A DNA stretch of 64,000 bases from an uncultured Gammaproteobacteria bacterium (GCA_963977185.1 CAXBNV010000002.1:5572-69571), one strand, 5' to 3'; shown: positions 19,058 through 30,295, numbered from the stretch's first letter. Translations and numbers: made by a program. The notes: generated by a model from the letters alone, not told the origin.

Positions 19058-20090
19058 AACCTAAAACCTCAGTGTTTACTTTTGAATCATCAGCTTTTTG
19101 CAAAAATTGCTTTATTTTATCATCACTATCAGTTTTTAAAACAATTTTTAATTCGCCAACTACTCTATCTTGAATCATATTTATATTACCTTGTAATATA
19201 TTTATATCTATATCTAATTCTCTAGATATAGTACTTATAAAAGGCTCCATAAAACTATATTCATGAATAAAGTTAAGTTCCAGTAATGGATTAGTATGAT
19301 CTTTGTCTTTGGTTGTAGAAATATTTTTAGCAATTAATCTAGTAAACTTATCACAACCACTTAATTTGAATAATTCTTTCGTATAACTATGCTTAGGTTT
19401 AGTATATAAATTAATAACCTTGTCTTCTTCAATAACAATTCCATTGTTCATAACAGCTGCTCTATTACAGATTTTTTTAATTACATCCATTTCATGAGTA
19501 ATTAATAATATAGTAACGTCTAAAGTTTTATTTATTTTTTTTAATAAATCTAAAATAATATCCGTATTTTCTGGATCTAATGCAGATGTTGCTTCATCAC
19601 ATAATAAAACTTTGGGGTTATTTACTAATGCTCTTGCTATTGCAACTCTTTGCTTTTGACCACCGCTTAACTGCGTAGGATATTTAGTTAAGTAAGACTT
19701 AAGGCCAGTTATATCGATGATTTCTGATGCTTTATTTTTGATAATATTTTTATTAATTCTCTGAAGCTTTAATGGCAGAACTATATTGTCATATACATTT
19801 ATATTATTAAGTAAATTAAAATGCTGAAATATAACCCCAATTTTTTGCCTTTCTTTTCTTAACTCAGAAGGAGACAATTCAACTAAATTATTATCATTAA
19901 TAATAATATTGCCACTATCAGGAGACTCAAGTAAATTAACGCATCTTAATAAAGTACTCTTACCTGCACCACTTTTGCCAACAATCCCAAAGATTTCGCC
20001 TTTATTTATAAATAAACTAACATCGTCTAATGCGGTAAAAACTTTATTATCTACTTTGAAATATTTAGTTATATGTTCAATTTTAATCAT
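19050..20090 (-). CDS. metN: Methionine ABC transporter ATP-binding protein with C-terminal NIL domain
   Basis: Walker A GKSGAGKST, signature LSGGQKQRVAIARAL, Walker B LLCDEATSALD, and a C-terminal regulatory domain. Confidence 0.9.
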   Translation of the reverse strand: MIKIEHITKYFKVDNKVFTALDDVSLFINKGEIFGIVGKSGAGKSTLLRCVNLLESPDSGNIIINDNNLVELSPSELRKERQKIGVIFQHFNLLNNINVYDNIVLPLKLQRINKNIIKNKASEIIDITGLKSYLTKYPTQLSGGQKQRVAIARALVNNPKVLLCDEATSALDPENTDIILDLLKKINKTLDVTILLITHEMDVIKKICNRAAVMNNGIVIEEDKVINLYTKPKHSYTKELFKLSGCDKFTRLIAKNISTTKDKDHTNPLLELNFIHEYSFMEPFISTISRELDIDINILQGNINMIQDRVVGELKIVLKTDSDDKIKQFLQKADDSKVNTEVLGYV

Positions 20091-20100
20091 AAAAAACTAT

Positions 20101-20670
20101 TTAACCAATGTATTCAAAAAGCTTTATTACTTTATCAACGCCAGATACATGGCTTGCTATATTCGTTGCTTTATCTGCATCTTTAATATCAACTAAACCT
20201 AAAAGATATACAGTTCCGTTTTCGGTTACAACCTTAATATTTCTAGGAGATATTTTTTCTTGAGCTAACATTTTAGCTTTGATTTTTGTTGTAATCCATA
20301 TATCTTTAGGACTTGTTGCGTGTACTATTTTTTTATCACCCGGTAATACTGTTATCTGGTTAAATACTTTACGAACTCTAGGTAATTTGCTCGCAAGTTT
20401 TGATATTTCATTTTTTGCTTTTTGGTTTGTTGCTTGCCCAGCAATTAATAACATCCCATTATAACTTACTATATCAAGATGAGTATTTTCTCTTAATGCT
20501 GTATTTGTGTCTATTTCTCGTTGCAACTTTAATTCTGTTATCTCATCATCAATAACACTTCCTATTGTTCTACTATAATTATCAGTATCACTAATTTTAG
20601 TGCAAGAACTTAAAATAAATCCTAAAGCACAAGATATAAATATAATATTTATTTTTTTTAAAAAACTCAT
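20101..20670 (-). CDS. dolP: Outer-membrane lipoprotein with two BON domains (DolP/YraP)
   Basis: Lipoprotein signal (…GFILSSC) followed by two BON-like repeats. It has the same position as E. coli dolP at the end of the lpoA-yraN-diaA-dolP block. The annotated ORF extends upstream to 20736; the likely true start is at 20670. Confidence 0.75.
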   Translation of the reverse strand: MSFLKKINIIFISCALGFILSSCTKISDTDNYSRTIGSVIDDEITELKLQREIDTNTALRENTHLDIVSYNGMLLIAGQATNQKAKNEISKLASKLPRVRKVFNQITVLPGDKKIVHATSPKDIWITTKIKAKMLAQEKISPRNIKVVTENGTVYLLGLVDIKDADKATNIASHVSGVDKVIKLFEYIG

Positions 20671-20696
20671 AAGCATTTCCATTATGTAATCAATTT

Positions 20697-21284
20697 TTAA
20701 GAAAACAACTGATAGTCTATTAACTCGCATAAGCAATGTATAATAGTAATATGTGACTCTTGAATGTGTGCTGTAATATCAGATGGGACTCTAATTTCAA
20801 CGTCTAATTCAGCATCTAGTACTCCAGCAAGATCACCGCCATTTTTACCAGTTAAAGCTATAACCTTTAAATTTTTATCGTGCGCAACTCTAACTGCATT
20901 TAAAATATTAGCTGAATTTCCACTAGTAGTAATAGCAAATAAAACATCTCCTGCCTGTCCTAATGCTTCTATTTGCTTGCTAAATATGTCTTGATAAGAA
21001 TAATCATTAGCTATTGCCGTTATAGTTGGAGCATCCGCACACAATGCTATAGCAGGTAAAGCCGGTCGTTCTTGATTATATCTATTTAATAATTCAGATG
21101 AGAAATGCTGAGCATCCCCACAAGATCCACCATTGCCGCAAGTTAATACTTTTTTTCCGTCTAATAAAGAGTTAATTAGAATTTCTGCCGCTTTTGTAAT
21201 TTTATTAGGCAACAAATCTGCTGTATTAATTTTAGTTTGAATACTGTTTGAGAAATGTTCATTAACTTTTTCTAATAAGCTCAT
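20697..21284 (-). CDS. diaA: SIS-domain protein (DnaA initiator-associating protein DiaA / phosphoheptose isomerase family)
   Basis: 195-aa protein with the SIS motif [21 protein letters not shown]; position between yraN and dolP. Confidence 0.75.
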   Translation of the reverse strand: MSLLEKVNEHFSNSIQTKINTADLLPNKITKAAEILINSLLDGKKVLTCGNGGSCGDAQHFSSELLNRYNQERPALPAIALCADAPTITAIANDYSYQDIFSKQIEALGQAGDVLFAITTSGNSANILNAVRVAHDKNLKVIALTGKNGGDLAGVLDAELDVEIRVPSDITAHIQESHITIIHCLCELIDYQLFS

Positions 21285-21310
21285 AAATATTAAATTTCTA
21301 AAAAAATGTA

Positions 21311-21664
21311 TTAATAAAAAGCATTCTTAAGCCAAAAAAATTCTAATTTATCCATATTACCACATAAAGTTATAACATCAAATCGGCATATATAGTTTTG
21401 ATATTTTATATTTTTCTGCAAAAAATATAATGCTACTTTTTTTATCTTATTTTGTTTAGCTCGATTAACAGTTTCTAATGCTTCCATAAATTTATTGTCT
21501 TTTCGATATTTTACTTCAACAAATGTTAAAATATCTTTATCAAGCATTATTAAATCAATCTCACCAAACTTTAATCGAAAATTAGCTACAACAAGTATTA
21601 ATCCTTCAGAAGTTAAATAATTTTTTGCAAGTTCCTCTGTTTTATTCCCTAATGAGACACTCAT
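21311..21664 (-). CDS. yraN: UPF0102 family protein YraN (putative endonuclease)
   Basis: 117-aa protein with the motifs FGEIDLIM…VEVKYR…V…K. Conserved position. Confidence 0.7.
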   Translation of the reverse strand: MSVSLGNKTEELAKNYLTSEGLILVVANFRLKFGEIDLIMLDKDILTFVEVKYRKDNKFMEALETVNRAKQNKIKKVALYFLQKNIKYQNYICRFDVITLCGNMDKLEFFWLKNAFY

Positions 21665-21673
21665 AAAATATAT

Positions 21674-23515
21674 CTAACTTATATTAATGACTTTACTTTT
21701 TTTGATCTTTGCCCATGGCAAGTTTCTCTTAATTTTATTATCATCTGATAAATTCAGTTTTCCTGTCATGCCGTTTATCACCATAAAAGGCATTTGCTCT
21801 ATGTCATATAATTTCAAAGATAAATTATAAGCATCCATTCCTAAAGCAAATAACCTTCTATTTTTTATCATCGACTTAGACATCTGTTCTGTAAGATATT
21901 GCTTATAATTAAATTCATTATTTGTAATATTTTCAGGCAAGTTTCCTGGAATATCACAGAATTGAACGTTGTTTAAATCATTATTGTTATTATCAAACGT
22001 TTTTTCATTAAATACGCTTGATATAGCAAAAACTGGAATGTCACCGGCATAAAAATATTTAAGTAAAGGCACTACTTGTTTTGCTTGATTAGCAGGTAAA
22101 GCTAAAAAAATACTATCAATATCATTACGTCTTTGAGGAACGTGAATTAATTTAGCTCCTAATATTTGAGATAATTTATATTTTCTAAAATTACTATTAT
22201 CAATACCCAAAAGCTTTCTGATTTTTTCTTGATAATTTAAACTATCGTCCATTAAACCTGTATCAATAACATTATTATTTAATTCATCTTGTTTTGACTT
22301 AAAAGCCTTATAAACTCTATCACCCCAAGAGCTTTTTTCTGTTATTACTAAAACATTTTTATAACCTAAATTATTGAGTCGTGCTGAAACTTGCTCAGCC
22401 TCGTCTTCAGCTGAAATACCAAACTGAAAAACACTGTCATTAGAGCCTGTTTCTGTATAATTTAAAGCTAAAACTTTAGTTTGATTATTTTTTTTATCTT
22501 TAATAACTTTGTTAACTTCAGACTTTATTAATGGCCCAACTATCACATCGGCATCGATACTATTGATGTCATAATTACTCGCACTATCAATAATAGATAT
22601 AGATACATTGTTATTATTTATATTATTATAATAAGCTGATAAAAAACCCATCTTTATTGATTCGGCAATTGATTTATATTTACCAGACGTTGGTAGTAAC
22701 AATACAATTTTGTTTACTTTATAAGGTTTAGATGAAGAGTTTAAATTATTCGACTTTTTATAACTACCTACATTAAAAAACTTAACGGCAGCATGATTAG
22801 GATTAGAATTATACCAATTATTTAATTTATTATGGATTTCAACCGAATTATTATTAGAAGGCATGCTTCGTTCCTCTGAATTAAAAATTAAAGCAATTTC
22901 AAGCCAGCCTTGCATTTGACTATCATTACTATATTGCCTTTTTAAGTTTAACATCTGGCTTTTACTTAGTTTAACTAAACCATCCCATATCTGCTTGTTA
23001 TTGTCTTTTATCACATCAAGGCCTGATGAACTATCTATATAATTAACATACTTGATTTGAGCCGCAACAGCATCTTCAGTTTTATTTAAAGCATAATTAA
23101 TGTGATATTTTAATTTATAATAACTAGCTAAATCATCCTTATTTTTCTGAATAGTTCCAACATTTATTTTATTTAGAAAAGACAATGCATTTTGAAGTTT
23201 TAAAATTTCAAAATTATATTTAGACTGCATTAAATTATACTTACATAATTGCTCTTTATTAAAACTTGATTGGTCTAATGCAGATAGCAGAGCATCGGCT
23301 TTATTATATAATTTACCATCAATATACTTATTAGCAGCCTGAAACAAATGAGTTAATTTTATATTTTCATCATTATCAACTTGAACTTGATCAATATAAG
23401 AATCACCTTGCTTTATATTTTTAATATTTGTATTCTGATTTGAACAGTTATTTATAAATAAAACTAAAAAAAGTAAAAAAAGCGCTTTAATTTTCATACC
23501 AGCAAGCCAGATCAT
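21674..23515 (-). CDS. lpoA: Penicillin-binding protein activator LpoA-like lipoprotein
   Basis: 613-aa protein with a signal peptide. The N-terminal half is helical/TPR-like and the C-terminal half resembles a periplasmic binding domain. It is divergent from rsmI and followed by yraN-diaA-dolP, exactly as in E. coli. Confidence 0.65.
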   Translation of the reverse strand: MIWLAGMKIKALFLLFLVLFINNCSNQNTNIKNIKQGDSYIDQVQVDNDENIKLTHLFQAANKYIDGKLYNKADALLSALDQSSFNKEQLCKYNLMQSKYNFEILKLQNALSFLNKINVGTIQKNKDDLASYYKLKYHINYALNKTEDAVAAQIKYVNYIDSSSGLDVIKDNNKQIWDGLVKLSKSQMLNLKRQYSNDSQMQGWLEIALIFNSEERSMPSNNNSVEIHNKLNNWYNSNPNHAAVKFFNVGSYKKSNNLNSSSKPYKVNKIVLLLPTSGKYKSIAESIKMGFLSAYYNNINNNNVSISIIDSASNYDINSIDADVIVGPLIKSEVNKVIKDKKNNQTKVLALNYTETGSNDSVFQFGISAEDEAEQVSARLNNLGYKNVLVITEKSSWGDRVYKAFKSKQDELNNNVIDTGLMDDSLNYQEKIRKLLGIDNSNFRKYKLSQILGAKLIHVPQRRNDIDSIFLALPANQAKQVVPLLKYFYAGDIPVFAISSVFNEKTFDNNNNDLNNVQFCDIPGNLPENITNNEFNYKQYLTEQMSKSMIKNRRLFALGMDAYNLSLKLYDIEQMPFMVINGMTGKLNLSDDNKIKRNLPWAKIKKSKVINIS

Positions 23516-23592
23516 TAATTTATTAATTACACATTATCCTATATAATAACTCAATATTTTATTTAATCACATATAATTTTATTATTCTAAAT

Positions 23593-24474
23593 ATGCAGTC
23601 ACCTCAAACAACTTTCGGTACACTTTATCTAGTTGCAACACCTATAGGTAATTTACAAGATATCACTTTAAGAGCCATAGAAATTTTGAAAACTAGCGAC
23701 TTAATTTTAGCTGAAGATACAAGACATAGTAAAATTTTACTACAAAAATATCAAATAGAGACCAAAACTCATTCTTTACATAAATTTAATGAGCAAGCTA
23801 AATCTAAATATTGCATAGAATTATTAACCTCTGGTAAAAACCTTGCTCTAATAAGTGACGCTGGCACACCTTTGATCTCTGATCCTGGCTATGAATTAGT
23901 AAAACTATGCCATGAATCTAATATAATAGTCTCAAGTATACCTGGCCCATGCGCTGTAATTACAGCATTAACAATGTCTGGTCTACCATGCAGTAACTTT
24001 ACTTTTAATGGTTTTTTACCTAATAAATCTGGTCAAAGAATAACTATTTTTAAAAAACTGTTAAATAATTCAAATACACAAATTTTTTATGAGTCCCCTA
24101 AAAGATTATTAAAAACTTTAGATGATCTTAAAACCATATTTAACAAAGATAAAATAATTTCAGTTTCAAAAGAGCTAACTAAACAGTTCGAGCAAACTAT
24201 AACTGATAATATAGAAAATATAATTGTTTTTTTTAATGAACATCCTGAAAAGCTAAAAGGAGAATTTGTATTAATTATATCAGGCGCTGAACAAAAACTC
24301 AGCGATGATACTAATCCAGATACTGAAATTTCTTTAGATAATTTAATTAACTTATTGCTAGATAATAATATCCCTTTAAAACAAAGCGTTAAAATAGCCT
24401 CTGAACTTACTAATGTTAATAAAAATACCGTTTATCAAAAAGCATTAGAAATGAAAGAAAAAGACGAATTTTAG
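23593..24474 (+). CDS. rsmI: 16S rRNA (cytidine1402-2'-O)-methyltransferase
   Basis: Motifs TLYLVATPIGNLQDITLRAIEIL…ILAEDTRHS and ISDAGTPLISDPG. Confidence 0.9.
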   Translation: MQSPQTTFGTLYLVATPIGNLQDITLRAIEILKTSDLILAEDTRHSKILLQKYQIETKTHSLHKFNEQAKSKYCIELLTSGKNLALISDAGTPLISDPGYELVKLCHESNIIVSSIPGPCAVITALTMSGLPCSNFTFNGFLPNKSGQRITIFKKLLNNSNTQIFYESPKRLLKTLDDLKTIFNKDKIISVSKELTKQFEQTITDNIENIIVFFNEHPEKLKGEFVLIISGAEQKLSDDTNPDTEISLDNLINLLLDNNIPLKQSVKIASELTNVNKNTVYQKALEMKEKDEF

Positions 24475-24504
24475 TTTATAATCTATTAAATAACTATAAA
24501 ATAA

Positions 24505-25041
24505 CTAACTTTTATTTAATAAATTATCTTCATACTTAACTAAAAATTTCTTTTTCCCAAAAGCTATACTTGCTGGAATTAATGCAAAATGCAACCATCT
24601 GACAAGAGCTGCAGCAATAACAAAAGGAAAAAACTTAATCTTAGTTAAGCCTGCAGCAATAGTAAATACTTTAAAAGGAGGAAAAGGTAAAATACTTGCC
24701 GGTAATAAAACTAATAATCCCCATTCTTGAAACCAATGCTCTACCTTAGTAAACTCTGATAAATAACCAAATTTGATAATATAAGGCATTATAACTGAGA
24801 TCAAATAATAGCCCATTATATAACCTATTATACTGCCAATAACAGCTCCAATTGTTGCAACAAACGAAAAGTACCAGCTTTTTTTAGTATTAGCCAATGA
24901 CATAGGAATTAGTAAAACTAAAGGAGAGATAGGTAAAATACATGATTCAAGAATAGACAACACAACTAAAATCCACATAGCCCATGGTTTATCTAAATTT
25001 GCATATATTTTTCTGTAAATATTTTTTGTAAATTCAATCAC
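24505..25041 (-). CDS. DedA/YqaA-family (SNARE-associated domain) inner-membrane protein
   Basis: 178-aa protein with 4-5 TM segments; the arrangement resembles E. coli YqaA. Confidence 0.5.
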   Translation of the reverse strand: MIEFTKNIYRKIYANLDKPWAMWILVVLSILESCILPISPLVLLIPMSLANTKKSWYFSFVATIGAVIGSIIGYIMGYYLISVIMPYIIKFGYLSEFTKVEHWFQEWGLLVLLPASILPFPPFKVFTIAAGLTKIKFFPFVIAAALVRWLHFALIPASIAFGKKKFLVKYEDNLLNKS

Positions 25042-25321
25042 TTAAGGCACCAAGTAAAGTTCAACAAAACAGCTCTATAATTTATTTATAGAATACCATT
25101 TTTCATATTTCTTTTAAGCTAACAAATATGAATTTATCAATTTAACATAAATAAAATAATTATACCACTAAGTTCTGTAATTAACTAAATAGTGTTAAAA
25201 TATTATATTTTAATCCAAATAATTTTTAATCTAAACAATTTGCTAATTATTTAATTACTATATAATATTTATATATCTCGTAAAAACAAATATTTAACAC
25301 TAAATATACACAGGATTATAA

Positions 25322-26314
25322 ATGCTAGAATACATATCAGAATATATTTTATTTTTAGTTGAAACTTTGACTATAGTATTATCTATAGCTGGAGGCCTAA
25401 TAATAGTTATTGCTTTTGCGGCTAAATCTAAATTAGAGATGCAAGATGGCGCAATTAAAATTAAAAATTTAAATAAAAAATATAAAGAGCAAATCAGAAA
25501 AATTAAAGAAAAAACTTTATCAAAAACAGAATTAAAAGATTTTTTAAAAAATGATAAAAAATCTAAAAAACAAATAAAAAGCAAACCCAAGCTTTTTGTA
25601 ATAGATTTTAATGGCGATATTAAAGCAAGCGACGTAGAATCATTAAGAAAAAAAATTAGCGCTATTATTTTAACAGCGGATTCAAAAAAAGATGAAGTAT
25701 TATTAAATCTTGAAAGTCCCGGCGGCATGGTTCATGGTTATGGTCTTGCTGCAGCTGAGTTAGCTCGTCTTAGAGATAAAAAAATCAAATTAACTATTGC
25801 AGTAGATAAAGTTGCCGCAAGCGGTGGATACCTTATGGCGTCAATAGCAAATAAAATTATTGCAGCGCCATTTGCTATTGTTGGCTCAATTGGTGTTATT
25901 GCACAAATTCCAAATTTTAATAAATTACTAAAAAAACATAATGTTGATTTTGAACAACATACTGCTGGAGAATATAAAAGGACTTTAACTATTTTTGGTG
26001 AAAATACAGATGAAGGACGAGCTAAATTCCAAGAAGAATTAGAAGGAACCCATGTTCTTTTCAAAGAATATTTAGAAACTTATAGAGAAAAATTAGATAT
26101 CGATAAAGTTGCAACTGGAGAGCATTGGTATGCTAAACAGGCTATTGATTTAAATCTTGTTGATGAAATTTTAACAAGTGATGACTTTATATTAAACTCT
26201 CTTGATAAATTTGATATTTTTAGTTTAAATTTTAAACAAAAAAAATCTTTTTTTGAAAAGCTTAATGGATCTGCTAGTAGTTTATTAATGAATATTTTAC
26301 ATAGATATAATTAA
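25322..26314 (+). CDS. sohB: Peptidase S49 family protein SohB
   Basis: 330-aa protein with an N-terminal TM segment and the S49 motifs VDKVAASGGYLMA…GSIGVI…TAGEYKR. Confidence 0.8.
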   Translation: MLEYISEYILFLVETLTIVLSIAGGLIIVIAFAAKSKLEMQDGAIKIKNLNKKYKEQIRKIKEKTLSKTELKDFLKNDKKSKKQIKSKPKLFVIDFNGDIKASDVESLRKKISAIILTADSKKDEVLLNLESPGGMVHGYGLAAAELARLRDKKIKLTIAVDKVAASGGYLMASIANKIIAAPFAIVGSIGVIAQIPNFNKLLKKHNVDFEQHTAGEYKRTLTIFGENTDEGRAKFQEELEGTHVLFKEYLETYREKLDIDKVATGEHWYAKQAIDLNLVDEILTSDDFILNSLDKFDIFSLNFKQKKSFFEKLNGSASSLLMNILHRYN

Positions 26315-26354
26315 TACCAAACTCTGTAAATTTAAGTTTTATTAAGCAATGCTC

Positions 26355-26382
26355 CTCCCAAGTGTCATCATCCACTTGGGAG
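26355..26382. terminator. GC-rich hairpin downstream of sohB, a candidate terminator
   Basis: A 10-bp perfect inverted repeat (ctcccaagtg / cacttgggag) with an 8-nt loop lies about 40 nt after the sohB stop. It stands out against the AT-rich background. Confidence 0.45.
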
Positions 26383-26534
26383 TAACTCATCCTCATTTTG
26401 GAATATGTTATAAATAATTATCATGTCACAACATATTTAATAAAACTACCTTATAGCTAAATTATTAAATTAATATATATATTATCCCGATATTATAATT
26501 ATAAAATAAATAATTATAATTATCTGAGATACCA

Positions 26535-26936
26535 ATGCGTTCCAAAAAAACACTTAATACAGCAATAAAAAATTTTTTGATTTTAATCAGCATTAGTTTA
26601 TTTATTTTAATAATATTATTAATCTTCTCAAAAAAACATTCATGTTTTTCAGATCAAAAATCAGCAATATTAGACAAATATAACCCTATATGTACCGTTT
26701 CGGGAAATTATATGCCACTACAAAAATGGGAGATAGCTAAATATTCATGGTGTACGACTAAAGACGGCATTATCATACCAAATACATATAAAAAAATAAA
26801 TTCACAAAATACAGAAAAATATAATTATTATAAAGATATAAGATTCAATGAGTGTGTAGAAGTTAGAAAAAATATGAGCATAAATCAAAAATTAATTGTC
26901 TTAATAGGAAAAATATATAGCCCATATATCTCTTAA
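26535..26936 (+). CDS. Small hypothetical exported/membrane-anchored protein (133 aa, 5 Cys)
   Basis: N-terminal hydrophobic segment, then a Cys-containing domain. No recognised homology. Confidence 0.4.
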   Translation: MRSKKTLNTAIKNFLILISISLFILIILLIFSKKHSCFSDQKSAILDKYNPICTVSGNYMPLQKWEIAKYSWCTTKDGIIIPNTYKKINSQNTEKYNYYKDIRFNECVEVRKNMSINQKLIVLIGKIYSPYIS

Positions 26937-27005
26937 TTTAGATATTAATTAAATAATAAAAAATATTATCTTATGCATATAAATAAATTATACCTAACAA
27001 AGCGC

Positions 27006-28124
27006 CTAAATTTTAAAAATATGTTTATTAGTCATTTCAATAATTCTACTTTTAGTCCTTAAAAAAGATTTTGCTAATGACTTATCATTATAAATATCAT
27101 CAATAGACTTACTATATGATGATACTATAATAGAAATATTATTATCATATAAAACATCTATTAAATTGATAAATCTTTTAGCTGCACTTAAATTTTCATC
27201 TATTAAAACAGGAATATCACTAATCAATATAGTTTTATATAATCTAGCTATTTCTAAATAATCATCAGATGATCTATTTGTATCGCAAATAGATGAAAAG
27301 TTAACCCAAAGAACTTTAGGGCTTTTAGCAATAATAGAAACTTTTCGATCATTAATAATTATACTTTTTTCTATATCAGCATTATGACCTGCCAATTTAG
27401 AAAAATATTTGCCTAATATTTTTGAGCTATCTTTAGCTATATAATTGTACAAACTGTGGGAGCTTAAAAAAGAACGTCTATAATCATTCTCGCTTTCAAG
27501 AAATATAGTTTTGTTATAATTCTTAATTAAAGTTATAGCATCTAAGAAATATTCTCTTTGCAGGCCATTTAAATACAAATTATCAGGTTTGGTATTTGAA
27601 GTGGTAACTAAAACAATTTTATATTTAACAAAAGCTTTTAGAATATTATATAAAATCATTGCATCTGCAATATCTTCAACTATAAATTCATCAAGAACTA
27701 AAATTTTAAAACTTTTTGAAAACTTTTCAATATAATGATCAACTGGATCAACTATATTTTCTAATAATTTTAATCCTTGATGAAACTCATACATAAACTG
27801 ATGAAAATGTATGCGCTTTTTTTGTTTAATTGGTAAATTATTAAAAAATAGATCAACTAAAAAAGTTTTACCTAGCCCAACTCCGCCCCATAAATATACA
27901 CCTGATATAATGTTATTTTTATGTTTTATTTTGTTAAATACATTATAAATATTATTTTTAACTTTATTAAAAAAATTATGCTTTATTCTTTTAGCTTTTA
28001 TATTATATTTCTGGTTTAAAATATCAGATAATTCTTGAAAAGCAGATAATACCTCGACCTGCATTTCATCATATTCATAATTTAAGCTTAAGATCTGTTG
28101 TTTATATATTTCTAGTAATCTCAC
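27006..28124 (-). CDS. zapE: AFG1-family ATPase (cell division protein ZapE/YhcM)
   Basis: 372-aa protein; Walker A GGVGLGKTFLVDLF and ZapE-like architecture. Confidence 0.8.
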   Translation of the reverse strand: MRLLEIYKQQILSLNYEYDEMQVEVLSAFQELSDILNQKYNIKAKRIKHNFFNKVKNNIYNVFNKIKHKNNIISGVYLWGGVGLGKTFLVDLFFNNLPIKQKKRIHFHQFMYEFHQGLKLLENIVDPVDHYIEKFSKSFKILVLDEFIVEDIADAMILYNILKAFVKYKIVLVTTSNTKPDNLYLNGLQREYFLDAITLIKNYNKTIFLESENDYRRSFLSSHSLYNYIAKDSSKILGKYFSKLAGHNADIEKSIIINDRKVSIIAKSPKVLWVNFSSICDTNRSSDDYLEIARLYKTILISDIPVLIDENLSAAKRFINLIDVLYDNNISIIVSSYSKSIDDIYNDKSLAKSFLRTKSRIIEMTNKHIFKI

Positions 28125-28626
28125 TAAATATACCTAATAATTATCGCCAATATAAACATTTTGCGGTAAAATGCTCTTTTATCAATTATATATCAGAGCG
28201 CCAATAATATGAAAAAAAAATCCAATGTATCAAAACCATCTCTATCAAAAAAAGCCAAATTAACACTAATATTTTGCTTAACCTTTGTTACATTATTTTT
28301 TAGCATTACAATTATCAAAAGAGAAACAACTATTAATTCAGATGCAAGATTACTTGATAAAGAATCACCTTATAAAAAATATAGTAATCCTTAATAACAG
28401 ATAATCTACATATTGGATAATATATATACAGGTAGGTTAACTCATTGATTAATAAGTTTATATTTGACTTAACCACAACTTGTTACAATATTTGCTCTAT
28501 TGATATGTTAACAGCTAAGAGATATCTTACAATTATGTAAGTTTTAAGATTAATTCATCTTAAGTTATACTTTAACCCTGTGCATATGTGGATAACTAAA
28601 AATTAACATTCAAAGTTTAACGAGTT

Positions 28627-29187
28627 ATGTCTGATGATAATGGTATAAGTTGGTTTGAGAAAGCAATGGCTGATACAAAACCTCTTAAAAACAAGAATAA
28701 AAAACATGTGAATAATATTTATGAAAAATCGATTAAAATAAATAATAAAACTATAATACAACCTAAATCTGACAATAATATAACATTAGAAGATATAATT
28801 TATAAATCTATAGATATTCAGCCTTTTTATACAGAAGAAATTGATCTAATTTTATCTCCAGAATGCCATATTGAATTTAAACACCCAAGTATTAACTATA
28901 AATTATTTAAAAATATAAAAAATAATGACTTTATTTTAGATAGTTACTTGGATTTACATGGGTTTACTATCTTAGAGTCCGCTGAACTTTTGAGGGATTT
29001 TATTACTGGCGCTTTATACAATAAATATAGATTTATTAAAATAATCACAGGCAAAGGCCAACACGCTAAACTTAAAAATTATGTAGCTATGTGGCTAGAA
29101 GAAATACCATATATATTAGCATTTACCTCTGCACCTGCAGCTCATGGTGGACGAGGAGCTATAATAGTTTATCTTAAGAAATTATAA
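28627..29187 (+). CDS. smrB: Smr-domain protein (SmrB-like endonuclease)
   Basis: 186-aa protein with a C-terminal Smr domain: LDLHGFT…ITGKGQHA…GGRGAIIVYL. Confidence 0.7.
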   Translation: MSDDNGISWFEKAMADTKPLKNKNKKHVNNIYEKSIKINNKTIIQPKSDNNITLEDIIYKSIDIQPFYTEEIDLILSPECHIEFKHPSINYKLFKNIKNNDFILDSYLDLHGFTILESAELLRDFITGALYNKYRFIKIITGKGQHAKLKNYVAMWLEEIPYILAFTSAPAAHGGRGAIIVYLKKL

Positions 29188-30295
29188 ATTGACCTATATA
29201 ATCTGAGTACTGTTTAGTTTCTATGAAAAAGCTATCATGCCCATAAGGAGTTTTATGTTTAATAAAACTAATATTTTTAAAAGATTTTTTTAACTCTAAA
29301 TATAAATCTTCTTGTTGATAAGAAGGAAATAATAAATCATTATCAATACTTACTAAAAATATTTTTGTTTTTGCCTTAGGAAATATATTTGTGTTTAATT
29401 TATTTTTACTTAAATCAAAATTGTCCATACAATTGAGAATATACACATAACTATTCGCATCAAATGCTTTAGTAAATTTTTCTGCATTATATTCATAGTA
29501 GCTATAAATATTATCAGCATCTTTATTAGAAAACCTTTGGTTTAGCTCAGGAATACCCCGATAAAATAACAATCCTATTTTTCTTGCCAGTTTTAACCCA
29601 ATTATTGGGTTTTTTTTATAAAAACCACATAAATATTTTTGATCACTTAATATAGCTTCTTTTTGTACTATTCTATTAGCAATATTAAAAGAATAAGCTT
29701 TATAAGCTGTTGCACATAAAAATATTTTTTCTATCATATTTGGGGCAGATTGCAGCCATGTTAAAGAAATCATTCCACCCATTGAACTACCAAAAATAGC
29801 ATAAAGCCTTTCAATTTTTAAATAACTTAATAATTTTCTTTGAGAGTTTACTATATCTTTAAAGGTAACCTGCGGGAAATTTTTTAAATATGGAGCATTA
29901 GTTTCAGAATTAATACTGTTTAAACTAGGCCCAGATGATCCAAAACAACTCCCTAAATTATTAATACACAGAATATAATATTTATTTGTATCTAATGCTT
30001 TATTAGGACCAACAAAATTTTCCCACCACCCTTCTGGCTCATCGTTTAAATTTTCTGTATCTATATTATTATGTCTTGCAACATGAGCTCCAACCGATAA
30101 AGAATGATGAATTAAAATAACATTACTTTTGTCTTTATTTAATTTACCATAAGATTCATATTGCAATTCTAAACTAGGTATAGCTTTCTTACTTTCAAAG
30201 TAAAATGGTTTATTAGATGTATATTTATAAACCCCTTTTGATAATTCAATTACAGATTCAGGCATGAGTTTAGCTTGTTTTATTTTCTGTTTCAT
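29174..30295 (-). CDS. metX: Homoserine O-acyltransferase (MetX family alpha/beta hydrolase)
   Basis: 373-aa protein with the motifs ILIHHSLSVGAH, GWWENFVGPNKALDTNKYYILCINNLGSCFGSSGPS and GSSMGG (nucleophile elbow). It is collinear with MetX. Confidence 0.7.
   Translation of the reverse strand: MKQKIKQAKLMPESVIELSKGVYKYTSNKPFYFESKKAIPSLELQYESYGKLNKDKSNVILIHHSLSVGAHVARHNNIDTENLNDEPEGWWENFVGPNKALDTNKYYILCINNLGSCFGSSGPSLNSINSETNAPYLKNFPQVTFKDIVNSQRKLLSYLKIERLYAIFGSSMGGMISLTWLQSAPNMIEKIFLCATAYKAYSFNIANRIVQKEAILSDQKYLCGFYKKNPIIGLKLARKIGLLFYRGIPELNQRFSNKDADNIYSYYEYNAEKFTKAFDANSYVYILNCMDNFDLSKNKLNTNIFPKAKTKIFLVSIDNDLLFPSYQQEDLYLELKKSFKNISFIKHKTPYGHDSFFIETKQYSDYIGQFIIS

Noticed and set aside
25300-25728. 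142-aa minus-strand ORF overlapping the start of sohB
   Set aside because: sohB on the plus strand has clear S49 peptidase homology across this region. The antisense ORF is low-complexity and has no motif.
28209-28394. 61-aa ORF upstream of the smr-domain gene
   Set aside because: It has a single hydrophobic stretch and no ribosome-binding context I could recognise. It is possibly a small membrane protein, but the evidence is not enough to call it.
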